DNA of 64,000 nucleotides from NCBI GenBank assembly GCA_002104905.1, contig MCFE01000390.1:18834-82833 (forward strand), in the 5' to 3' direction. The DNA is from Basidiobolus meristosporus CBS 931.73 (taxonomy: Eukaryota > Fungi > Basidiobolomycota). The position numbers and the translations under genes were made by a program. Below the pieces are notes generated by a model. It saw nothing but the letters and a program-made list of their open reading frames with translations, was not told where the DNA came from and searched no databases. This document shows, piece by piece, positions 13,709 to 24,709 of this stretch. Positions within the stretch are counted from its first letter, which is position 1. Every line of letters begins with the position of its first letter.

Positions 13709-15020
13709 TGTCATGATCACATGACAACCATGAACACCCATGCCAAGTTTCAGCTTACTAGCTCAATTTCTAAGAGATTCCTTCTGAAACCTTCTACCAC
13801 CTTCCAGAAAGTTTCTGACCATTCCAAACCATTGTTACACAATGGAGCACTACATGGAAGCTTCCCATTGTATTTTTCATAGTCCAGTACCATATATGGA
13901 AATACCAGGTCACATGATCAGGTGACCCAATCCATTTCCCCATCCTGATTTGGTGCCTTGCCTTCTGTATTATTATCCCCAGCACTGCTGCTATGCCTCA
14001 CCCCACAACCCCATTAGTATTAGCTAATATCTCTTGGCATCAGTATATCGAAAAAGTATATATAGTGTTACAAGTCTTGGCATAAGAGTTGTAGAGGAAT
14101 AGGGAGTTTAGCTAGTATTGTATTCACTAAAACTTGAACTGATCTTTATTGAGGTTCCAGCAGATCCTTATATACATTTTGTCAGATCAATTGCTGACTA
14201 ATTGTATTGCCTAATGCAGGCTGTGGCTGAGAACTCATTAGATGGCATCATCATCACCCAATTAGTTCCTACTTAATAGACTTGTTCCATTGTACTGTGC
14301 CAGGGTGCGTGGCACGATCCGCGGTTGCAAAGAACGATCGGGCGCAATATTATAGCTACCAGAAGGCAGGATCGTTCTTGGACAATTTTGCACTATGCGG
14401 GACAATCTCGCACACTATGGCACAATCTGACACAATGAGGTTGGCGCGGATGATTGCACCAACTTGTAATGTTTGCATCACGTGCGCAATCGGATACCAC
14501 TATAATGGCAGGTAAAATCTGGTATTTGGATATGTTTCTTTAATGTAAATGGAAATAAATGTGTATCACACTAAAAACTACACTGATACTTACCATTTTG
14601 GTTACCCTCACTCCAATTGGACGGTATCTCAGTGGTTAGTTGGTCCAAAAGTATCCTGAAACTGGCAGCCCCCAATTGGCTCATTGACTACTGAAAAAGC
14701 TACCTGATTTGCCATTAAATATCCCATTTTGCACATTGAGCAAGTAAATCCCTGATCCTAGTGATTGGACAAGGTGTCATAGCTAGCACGCAAGCAATCG
14801 TGTAGGTGCAAAACAGATCCAATAGCTGCACTGGTAGTACAGATGGCATATATATATGCAGGGTGTTTATTTATAGGGGTTCTGTCTCAAATGTGAGACA
14901 ACCTTGATATTACTTATATCAAAAATTTGATGATCACTGATTTGCGATGGCTCGATTCGGATCGCAAAAAGAAAGGGTTGTTGGGATCATTACAAATGTG
15001 CGCAATTCAAAGCAATCGCA

Positions 15021-16283
15021 TCATCTTCTCCTGGGTTTTTTTCTCACAGGGATTACTACTGAAGCATTTGGTAGTGACTCACTTTGCACACCTATACTAC
15101 TTCCTGGCTGACTATCATCTTGGCTACTTGTGTATTTGTAGTCAGTATTTTGCCTCCTAGTTGATGAGTGCGATGCTGCAGCTTGGCCGCGCTGAATCGC
15201 TCCAACTGAACCAACTGAACCGGCCTGTAGTGCCACGCGCTGACGTGTTCTTTTACTTGCCAAGGGCTCTAGTGCTTGAGGCACTTCATGTTGGTCATCA
15301 TCAGTCAGTTCACCAGAAGTAACTCGCTGATGGTCAGGCAAGATGGCACGCGCAGGCGCGCCTTGACGCGTTGAGATGGCCCTTGGCTGAGTTTGATGTG
15401 ATGCCGCATGTTGACGCGACTTGGTCCACTCCAATGGACTTGTGTCTAAATGAGCAGTTTGGCAAGTTCTCGTAGTTTTGCTCTGAAGCGCGCGCGTTGA
15501 CCCAACGCAGGTTGACTCAATGCGCATTGACTTGACGTGGGGCGTTCTGGTAAAGGGTGTTGGCGTACTCTGGACTGACGTGCGCCGGCGCGCTGTGGTT
15601 GCAAGAGATGGTAGGGAATCCAGCAAGGCGTGCTGGCGCAATCTGGACGATGTTGCTTGCGGTCTGTATTCTTCCTCCTGAAGCTCACCATCTGATTCCT
15701 CAAGGTATTCACTTACCCTCTGTCTGATACTTTGGAGCTGTTGCCTGGATGAGTCCTGTGTATATTGCTCTCGGAAGCCCCTTAGCTCTACTAATATATC
15801 ACGTAGTACATTAGTCATTTGAGGCAAAAACTCATTCAAAATCTCTTTGGTTCCCAAAGTTGAGGCACAAACGGACGCGTCCGGCCCATACTGTACAAAT
15901 TGCGCGCAAAATTGTTCCCGCGCGGCTTCTTTGTCAAATCCCCTCACTCTCAGCACATTCTTGATTTCAATACTTGTCTTGTTATATATCTTTTTACATA
16001 CATCAGCTGGCATCTTGATGTAGAACTCATGCCACAGCTTTCTACTCAAATTCTTCCATCTTTGTCGACTCTCTGAGGTATCTAGTTCTGCTAGATTAAT
16101 CAGTAGTGCCCAAATATCTGTATGAAGGCTCATCATAGACACTTGGGCCATACTAAAATCATTTGGCGAGAACTCAAACGGATCCAACATCAACTTTTCC
16201 GGTCCGGACCGCGCTTGTGAGCTGGGGGATGGGTTTTGTCTGGGTTGTACTAAAGATGAGTTGAGGCTTGGTATGGGGACCAT
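15021..16283 (-). CDS. PHIS accessory protein with a probable Myb/SANT (MADF-like) DNA-binding domain and a disordered C-terminus; start codon uncertain
   Basis: 420-aa ORF. RWKNLSRKLWHEFYIKMPADVCKKIYNK resembles the W..L...L....C...Y trihelix pattern. Position matches the second ORF of PIF/Harbinger elements. Confidence 0.7.
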   Translation of the reverse strand: MVPIPSLNSSLVQPRQNPSPSSQARSGPEKLMLDPFEFSPNDFSMAQVSMMSLHTDIWALLINLAELDTSESRQRWKNLSRKLWHEFYIKMPADVCKKIYNKTSIEIKNVLRVRGFDKEAAREQFCAQFVQYGPDASVCASTLGTKEILNEFLPQMTNVLRDILVELRGFREQYTQDSSRQQLQSIRQRVSEYLEESDGELQEEEYRPQATSSRLRQHALLDSLPSLATTARRRTSVQSTPTPFTRTPHVKSMRIESTCVGSTRALQSKTTRTCQTAHLDTSPLEWTKSRQHAASHQTQPRAISTRQGAPARAILPDHQRVTSGELTDDDQHEVPQALEPLASKRTRQRVALQAGSVGSVGAIQRGQAAASHSSTRRQNTDYKYTSSQDDSQPGSSIGVQSESLPNASVVIPVRKKPRRR

Positions 16284-16624
16284 AGCAACGGATTTGGATA
16301 CTTATACAGCAGTATATTGGTATCAACCTGGTCTTATATGAAATATATATGAAAACTAAAGTGATTGTTGAATTTTCCATATATTATGCATGATGCATCT
16401 CGGATTGCGTTGACACGGATCAGATCACATCAATCGCAGATTTCCTATTTGATTATAGACCTATGATTAAACCATCAATAAAAGTACCAAGGCATTGTTT
16501 GCGGATGATTTTTGCGACATAATGATGGGATACATGGCAATTGATGGAGATTTAACCAAAATGTGTTAAAAATCAGATAAATAACGCAGATTGCACCAAA
16601 TCAATTCAAACCGCCTCCATATAA

Positions 16625-17527
16625 TCATCCATCAATTTTAATACGACTTACTCATCTGAATGGTCTTTTCTCATCAATCCCATCACTACCGCTGGATTTC
16701 CTTTTGACACACTGGAGGAGATCTATACCAAGTACTGTGGACCATCAACCCCAATCTACTCAAGGAGATCCCTTGTTAAGCTTCTCTGCTATTACAAGAA
16801 CTATTGCCCCACAAGGTTTCATCCCACCATCCATGGCAACAAAAGTCCCAGAAGCTTTCATTCCCAGCTGACAGCAATGGAGAACCACCTTGCAGAGGGT
16901 ATGAATGACTTAGAGCAAGCTTGGAATACTAGGTTCAGAAGCTCCAATAGACTTCCATATCCCAGAGTGTTCAGCAACAGGTTCCATATCAGGAGTATTT
17001 TGGATACCTTCCCAGTGAGGATTAACAGACCTTCTAGAGGGCAGAGGCACTTTTATTCTGGCAAGTACAAGGCACACTGTGTGAAGTTTCAATCACTGTC
17101 TGACATTGAGGGTAATATCATCTGGTTTAGTGGGCCATTTGCTGGAAGTAGGCATGACAAAGCACTCTGGGTAGAGAATCATCCTGAATTCAGTAGAGGG
17201 GAGAAATGTATGGCAGACTTAGCCTATATAGGAGAGGATTGTCAGAGATTAGGATGTATTACAGCTTATAGAAAGCCAAGGAATGGTGTGCTTAGCAGGA
17301 AGCAGAAGCTCTACAATGAGATATTTAATCATTTCAGAGTAAGGGTAGAGCACATATTTGGATATCTGAAGAGATTCAGCATATTGGCAGGTAAATACAG
17401 AGGAAAGTCATATATAGGAGAAAACAGCAGAATAGGTAAAATAGTTAAGATACTTATTAATGCACAGTATGTTCATAGAAGAAGACATCCACTGAGAGAA
17501 ATGTGTCTGGAGCATTATGAAGAGTAA
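16625..17527 (+). CDS. DDE transposase (DDE_Tnp_4-like); first ATG at 16877, frame open from 16625
   Basis: LDTFPVRINRP, FYSGKYKAH, FAGSRHD, MADLAYIG and RVRVEHIFGYLKRF are the catalytic-core motifs of PIF/Harbinger/ISL2EU transposases. Confidence 0.88.
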   Translation, partial: SSINFNTTYSSEWSFLINPITTAGFPFDTLEEIYTKYCGPSTPIYSRRSLVKLLCYYKNYCPTRFHPTIHGNKSPRSFHSQLTAMENHLAEGMNDLEQAWNTRFRSSNRLPYPRVFSNRFHIRSILDTFPVRINRPSRGQRHFYSGKYKAHCVKFQSLSDIEGNIIWFSGPFAGSRHDKALWVENHPEFSRGEKCMADLAYIGEDCQRLGCITAYRKPRNGVLSRKQKLYNEIFNHFRVRVEHIFGYLKRFSILAGKYRGKSYIGENSRIGKIVKILINAQYVHRRRHPLREMCLEHYEE

Positions 17528-17869
17528 ATAAAGCAAGGAAAGCACTATTCTGAGCAACATAAGTAAGATTGAGTAAAATTACCAGTAACTGTATCATACC
17601 ACTGGCATCATGGTAGAAATTATAGTGCCAGATAGTGCCGTAGGGTGCCAGATCAATCCAGCACTATAAACAGGCTGGCACTATGTGGCACTATCCAACG
17701 GAACAAGTCTAATATATCTGTTTCTGTCTGATAAGGATCTGCTGAATTATCTGCTGACTAGTACTACTGATTTCATAGATAACACTGATATACTGACCAG
17801 CTAAACATAAACTAATTGATTTAACTAATAACTAATCTAACTTAAACAATTAAGCAGTAAATCATAACA

Positions 17870-19181
17870 AGAGTATGCAATTGGTGGAGTACTGAACCAA
17901 TTTGTGTATTCTCTCAAATGGTTGTTCAGGCTTCAGGAGAAAGAGTTCAACAATCCTCTGTGGTTGGCCCTGGTTGATCTGACAAATTGGGCATGTTTTC
18001 ACTAACTTATGAATTTTTTGTTTTATTCTAGGACATCATGCTCAGGCTTTTACAGGGATATAAGTTCCTGAAATTCTAAGATGTCCATATCCATTATGTA
18101 GCTTATGTATTGAATCTAGGCAAGCAGCATAAGGGCAATAGCCAATAGGGCTTCCATCAGCAATTTGGCAGAGTATTTTATCCTGTACTGCAAACTTGCT
18201 GGCTTCATCCTGGATAATCTTCTTGATCTCTTCATCCACGTCATTAGTAATAGCTTTGTCCTCCAAGTACTTTGGTAATAAGCTAGGCCTATCTAATTCA
18301 TGCACCAATTTGAGTTATACAACTTGCTCTAGTCATAATAAGGTATTATTAACTGTGTTGTTTTTCCCAGGGCAGTAAGCAATCTCCAAGTCAAATTGCT
18401 GCGCATATTCACTCCATCTTGTCATTATTCTGGATAGTACCTTCTGAGTAAGCACATACTTGAGTGAGGCATGATCAGTCCTCACAGTTCACTTTACTTC
18501 TTCAATGCAGCATCACCAGGTCATGAAGCAGTTTATTAATGCCAGCATCTCCTTCTCATGCATTGGATAGTTTTGTTCTGCAGAGTGCAGCTTCTTGGAC
18601 TCAAAGCAGCTGGGTAGTTCTTTCCCTCATATTCTTGTCTCACTACTCCGCCAATTGCATTGTCTGAGCATCTGTAAGCAGAGTAAGCTCTATTCTGAAG
18701 TCTGTTATTCTTAAGCTTGGCAGCTGAGCAAGTTTACTCTTGAGCATCTGAAAGGCAGTCCCACCAACTATGTCCCACTTCAAGGTGGTGTCTTTCTTGA
18801 AAATACCAGTTAAAGGAGCTGCAATACTTGCAAAGGACTTGACAAATTTCCAACAACAGGAAGCCATTCCAACAAATGATCTGAGTTCTGATATGCTATG
18901 GGTCTGCTTCAGATTCTTGATTGCTTCAACCTCCTTAGGGTCTAAGGTCACTCCTGTGCTAGTCACTATGTATCCTAGGTATCTGACATGTTCCTTCAAG
19001 AATTCACACTTTGCCAGCATGACACATAGCTTGTTCTCTCTTTGCTTCTTTAAGACCATTCTAATATGCTCCAAGTGGTCCTCTTCTCTGTTGCTGTATA
19101 TCATTATGTCACTTGGATAATTTACCACAAACCTATCTAGGTACTCCTGAAAGACTGTTAGCATCAAGGTTATGAATGTTG
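17870..19181 (-). mobile_element. Ty3/Gypsy RT-RNase H-integrase remnant; continues at 24065-24700 beyond the inserted Copia
   Basis: ORFs 18643-19167 and 24166-24699 (WGAP..FVKRKDGALRMCTDYR). The RT sequence ATGAATGTTG / CAGGGGCA is split by the Copia, by comparison with 7881-7900. Confidence 0.8.
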
Positions 19182-22100
19182 TGTTGTAAAAGTCTTGGAG
19201 CCATTGGAAGCAATTGGAAGGACAAGTTGATTATGTGGTTGTCACTTAATGATTCATTGAATGTAAAAGTGGCATTTATACTTTTACAGGGTCTTGGCAT
19301 AACAAAAGCATAGAACAGGTCAACAAAAGTCCCAGGAATATGTGTGGAAAATTTGGGGCAACGTGGATAACTTTGGGAATTTTCATGTTCTGGGTATCTG
19401 ATATTTTGGTAAAAATATTCCAAGTAAATCCCAACTAGGAATTTGGTCAGTATTTTCTAGGGTCTGAAGGTAATGATCTAAGTGAAAATTAGGTCAATAT
19501 TTAGGTGGAATTACAAATTATTACAATACTCCCACTCAGCTAAATGCTCATATTGACTAGTCCTAATTTTGACCTAAAATATTCAGACTTGTTTCCAGCT
19601 AATGGTTTGGTAAATATGTTTGCTCTCATTTCATCTGAGAGAGAGTAAACTAAGTTAATCAAGGTATTCTCTATAGCTTCACATATGAAATGATGTCTAA
19701 TATCCATGTGCTTAGTTCTTGCATGAAAAGCTGAATTTCTACCTTATTGTATACATCCTTGAATACCTTGAAATAAAGTGATAGATGTTTCTTGCCATAG
19801 GCCTAAATCTGCCAGAAGCTTCCTTAGTCACACTGCTTTTTCTGTAGCTTCACAGGCTGCCATATACTCTGCCTCTGTGGTAGAGAGTGCTGCAGTTGGT
19901 TGCATTCTTGAATTCCATGAAAATGCCCCTTGACAGAAAAGAAATGTGCAACCTGTGGTGGATCTTCTTTCTTCTAGAACTTGTCCCTAAACAACATCAG
20001 AATACCTTGCAATATCCTGCTCTGAGTCCTTATAGGCATATCTTAAGCAGATATCAGCAGCTCCTTTGATGTCTCAAAAAATCCACTTAACTGCTGCTAT
20101 ATTATCAGATCCATAGTTCTGATTATATTGGCTGACAACTCCCACCAAATATGAGATATCTGGATGTGTGCCAAGTATGATATATATCTGACCACCAGCC
20201 ATAGATTGATAAGGAAAGTCAGGGCTTTCAGGCAGCACCAAGCTCTCTTGATTTGGCTAAGTTATAACTAAGTCAAGGCTTGTCTCCATTGAGGTATCTG
20301 CTGGTTTGCAGTCTTCCATTTAGTACTTCTTTAGTATATCTTGAGTATGCTTGGATTGGCTTAAGTTGATTGTCTGGGTATTTCTGTCTACAGAGAACTT
20401 AATCCCTAAGCAGTAACTGAGTTTTCCTAGATTGGACATCTTGAACTCTTTAGATAAGCTGGATTTAGTCTCTTCCAATGTTGCTAGGTTATTTGCGGCT
20501 ATAATATGATCATCCTCATATAGAGCTAATAGAGCTAGATATGTTCTATCAGCATATTGTATATGCTATTATCAGCATTACTCCTTCTGAAACTCAAAGA
20601 TTCCAAAGAAGCTATCTTGCAATTTCAAGCTTTTGGTGATTATTTGAGACCATATAGAGATTTTTTAAGCTTGCAGACCAAATGAGGGATATCTCAGTCA
20701 AAAAAATCCATCAGGCTGGTTCATATACATGTCTTTAGTAAGTTCTTCATTCAAAAGTGCAGCTTTTACATCCATTTGATGAATAAAAACTTATGTTTAG
20801 CTGCAATAGCCTACATCAATCAGATGGAACTATATTTGACTACTGGTACAAAGGTCCTAGTATAGTCAAGCCCTTTTGTTTGAGAGTATCCTTTGGCCAC
20901 AAGTCTTGCTTGGTATCTTTCAATTGAACCATCAGCCTTGTATTTTTTCAAAAAAACTCATTTGCATCCAGTTGATTTTTGGTTGACTGGAACTTGACCA
21001 AGTCCCAAGTTTGATCTTCCATCAAGGCCTTATATTCCTCAGTCATTGCAGATCTCCAAGACTTTATTTGAGGGCTATTTAGGGCCTCTTTTACAGTCTG
21101 GAGCTCATCAATATGAACTGAATAGGCAAAGGCTAAGTTTGTACCCTCATTGATGTAGTAATTTGGGATATTTCTTCTCTGGTTGGACCTCAGGACATTT
21201 GATACTGGAATGATCACTTCTAGGGTACTCCTGAGTCCCAGTTCAGGCTGAGCCACATCTCTAGAGTCCTCTGAGGTGAAAAAGTCTTCATTGTGTTGCT
21301 CTGATTCAATCCTGACTATTGGTGGACTTGAGATCAGATTTTTTGCATCATCTGATGTCATTTTTTGTGAAATTTTGAGTTTTATCAAACAACACATCCC
21401 TGGACTTGATTGGCCTCTTTACTTTGGCATTGTAGAGTCTGTTTGTCTTACTGTTGTTGTGTTAACCCAAAAATATGCATTCTACACTTTGTGGCTTAAA
21501 TTTTTACTGATTTCTAGGCAGTTTCTTCGCATATGCTGTACACCCAAATATTCTTAGATGTTCTGCACTTAGTTGTTATCCATACTATGCTTCAAATGGT
21601 GTAGAATCTTGAAGTATTGTTTTAGGACTCCTCTTCTTAAGCTATACAGCTGTGGCAACTGATTCTGTCCAAAATCATAGGATAATGTTTGATCATGGAT
21701 CATAGGTCCAGCCATAGCATTTATTGATCTGTTTGCATGTTCTGCTACTTCTTTTTGCTGTGGGGAGTATAATACAGTAGTCTCTTGCTTTATCTTATGA
21801 GTTTTGCAGAAGTTGATCAAGAGTTTTGAGGTGTATTCTCCCCCAGCAACTGATCATATTTTCTTGTATTTTCACCAGTTTCTCTCTCCACCATTGCTTT
21901 AAACTCTCTGAGCTTTGACAGAGCATCTTCCTTTCTCTCCATGATGTAGTCCTATGGGTATCTTGTATAATTATCAATAAAAGTAATTAAATACTTCATC
22001 CCTTCTAAGGATATATTTTGCATAGATCAACACAGATCTGAGTGAATTAGATCTACTTTTTCTTAGTTTTGATTAAGCCAGAGCTCTTGAACAGCTGTCA

Positions 22101-24064
22101 GGCTTGTTTCCCATATAAGCAAGCTTCACAGTGTTTCAAACTAGATGGGGGAGCAATATTTACTCTGGAAACTAGCTGTTCTTTAATCATTTTGGCCAAA
22201 TAATCAAAATTAATGTGTCCAAATCTGATGTACCAGAGCATTGGTGTTTCTTCATTCAAGTTACATATACTGACTTCCTGATACAATGGAATATAAGCTA
22301 CCTTATACAGATTCCAATCTCCAATACCCAAAGTAATATAAGCACCACTTGGATCAGTGATCCAGCATCCTCAATTGTTAAAGCTGAAACCAAGTTTTTC
22401 TGCTGTGGGCTTGCTTACAGATAATGGGTTCTTGGCCATTTCTGGTATGTAGAGTACTTCTTTAAAGGTTGATATATGCCTTCTTTTACTGCTGCTGAGG
22501 TTTATTTGGATAGTCCCTTCTCCCACTACATCAAGTGTTCAATTGTCACCCATGAAACCATCTTAATTGGAATTTCTTGGTATTGGGTAAAACGTTCATT
22601 TTGGTGTGTAAAGAGTTGAGATGCTCCAGAGTCAATATACCATGTCAGAGAATCCTTGTTTGTGGTCATATTTAGTGCAGATGTGAGTAGTCTATCTTCA
22701 GTTGTTGCTGCACTTCCATATTCAGGCTTCTTTTGCTGATCATCTCTCATTTTGAGACACTGGTCTGATGTGTGTCCTTTCCTTTTGCAGTAGTTGCAAT
22801 ACAGGTTGCTGTTGCTTCCATAGGGTCTTGGGTACCTTGTTTGTTGATGATCATTGCTTTTTAAAGAAATTTCTTCTTTCTTCTTATTGGTGCTTGATTA
22901 TCTTAATTCTTTGTCCAGAAGCCTTTGGTATACATAATTTATGGACAAATGTTCAGTTCTGGACTTTAAGGCTGATGTAAGACTCTGAAACCTGTCTGTT
23001 AGGCTGTTCAGGATGGTAAATGTCACATCTGCATCAGTAGTTGGTATGCCCACATATTCCATTTCATCCAGCAGCAGAGTAACTCTGTTAATTGAATTTT
23101 TCATTTCTTCTCCTGGCTGCATCTTTGTAGTAAAGAAATTCTGTCTAGATACACTTCTTAGCAGCTAAACATGACTGGTAGGTGTCTTCTAATGTCTTAC
23201 AGGCATTCTTTGCTGTTTATGCTCTTGAGCATTGAATTAGCAATTTGTCTTTGACATTAAGGCATATGCAGTTAAAGGCACTTTGTTTTTTCTTCTGGTA
23301 CCTTAAAGATTCCTTTTCCAGGTTATTAGGAGTGTACCCTTCTCCCATCTCACTATCCCAAAGGCCTCTTTCATGTAGCAGCATATTCATCTTCACCTTC
23401 CACACTTGGAACTTAGATCCATACAACTTTTCAGCAGAGGGAAATATGCCAGTAATAGCAGTAGTAGACATTGCAGAGAGTGACAGCTTGGGGCTCATAG
23501 CCTGTTGTAAAAGTTTTGGGAATATTGCAAGTGAATGGGAGAACAAGTAGATTATGTGGTTTTCACTTAATAAAATATTGAATGTGAAGGTAGTATTTAT
23601 ACTTTACATGGTCTTGGCATAACATACACATAAGACTTGTTCCATTGTGCCATTGATCATAGTGCCAGAAAGTGCTGTATATTTTGCTATTGATTTGATA
23701 TTTTAGGGTCATATGCATGTCAATTTTGATCCCAAATTGGCACTGTATGGCACTATCTGGCACTCTGTGGCATGATCAGGCAACATCTGGCATGCTATGG
23801 CACTATTGGGCACTATGATCAGCTGGAATGATGGAACAAGTCTATAGAATAGGTTAATAAAGGTCCCAAGAACATGTATGGAAAGTTTGGGACTGCTTGG
23901 ACAACTTTGAGAATTTTCATGTTCTGGGTATCTGGTATTTTGGTAAAAATATTCCAAGTAAATCCCAACATGGAATTTGGTCAATATTCCCTAGGATTTA
24001 AAGGTCATGATCTAAGTGACCAAGTTAGGTGAATATTAAGGTGGAACTACAAATTTCTACAACA
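19182..24064 (-). mobile_element. Degenerate near-full-length Copia (LTRs 19182-19528 and 23503-24064)
   Basis: Collinear with the intact copy, with many stops. PBS-like GGCTATGAGCCCC next to the 5' LTR. Imperfect 5-bp flanks TGTTG/TGCTT. Confidence 0.85.
23633..23843. mobile_element. MITE (211 bp) inserted in the Copia 5' LTR
   Basis: Perfect 13-bp TIRs AGACTTGTTCCAT / ATGGAACAAGTCT; ATA on both sides; reverse complement of the 8916-9127 MITE. Confidence 0.88.
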
Positions 24065-24709
24065 TGCTTCAGGGGCAATGATAGGGCCAAAACCCATGAC
24101 TAAGTACTTGTTGTATCCATATCTGATCCTGAATGCTTTATTAGGGATATCTTCTGGCTTCACCCTTATTTGGCTGGCTCCTCACATGAGGTCAATCTTG
24201 CTGAATATAGTGACTTCATTGAGTTAGTCCAAAGCTCATTAATTGAAGGTATGGGGTACTTATTCCTCATCATCACTGAGTTGAGGGTTCTGTAGTCAGT
24301 GCACATCCTAAGTGCTCCATCCTTCCTTTTGACAAAATTTTCTGGTGCTCCCCAAGGTGCCTTGCTGGGTCTGATGTATCCTTGCTCTAATAACTGATCT
24401 ATTTGTCTCTTCATTGCTTCCAACTCCAATGGACTCATTCTGTAAGGTGTCTTACTCACTGGAGGGCTATCTCCTGTGTCATTTGCATAACACATATCTT
24501 TGACTGGTGGCAGGCTTACAAGTTCATCTGGTAACATGTATGAATATTGGATCAAAAGAGTGTGAGCCTTCTTGGGTGCTGCAGTAGAGAAATCCTCCTT
24601 TAATACTGCCCTAAAGAACTTTTGGGTACCTTTTCTAAGTGCTCTACAGAATTGTGTTTTGCTACACTGATTTGTTTTACACATACTGGAATTGACCAAG
24701 CTGAAATCC

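Larger units (their letters stand above)
14278..17710. mobile_element. PIF/Harbinger-related (PHIS) DNA transposon, 3433 bp, two divergent ORFs
   Basis: TIRs AGACTTGTTCC / GGAACAAGTCT; 3-bp AAT duplication; subterminal GTGCCA/TGGCAC motifs; DDE transposase plus a Myb/SANT-like ORF. Confidence 0.9.
14066..17869 (-). repeat. Gypsy-family LTR (~370 bp) split by the PHIS transposon
   Basis: TGTTACAAG...ATCATAACA. The two halves rejoin at CTACTT-AAT-ATATCT, as in the copy at about 8570. Confidence 0.75.
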
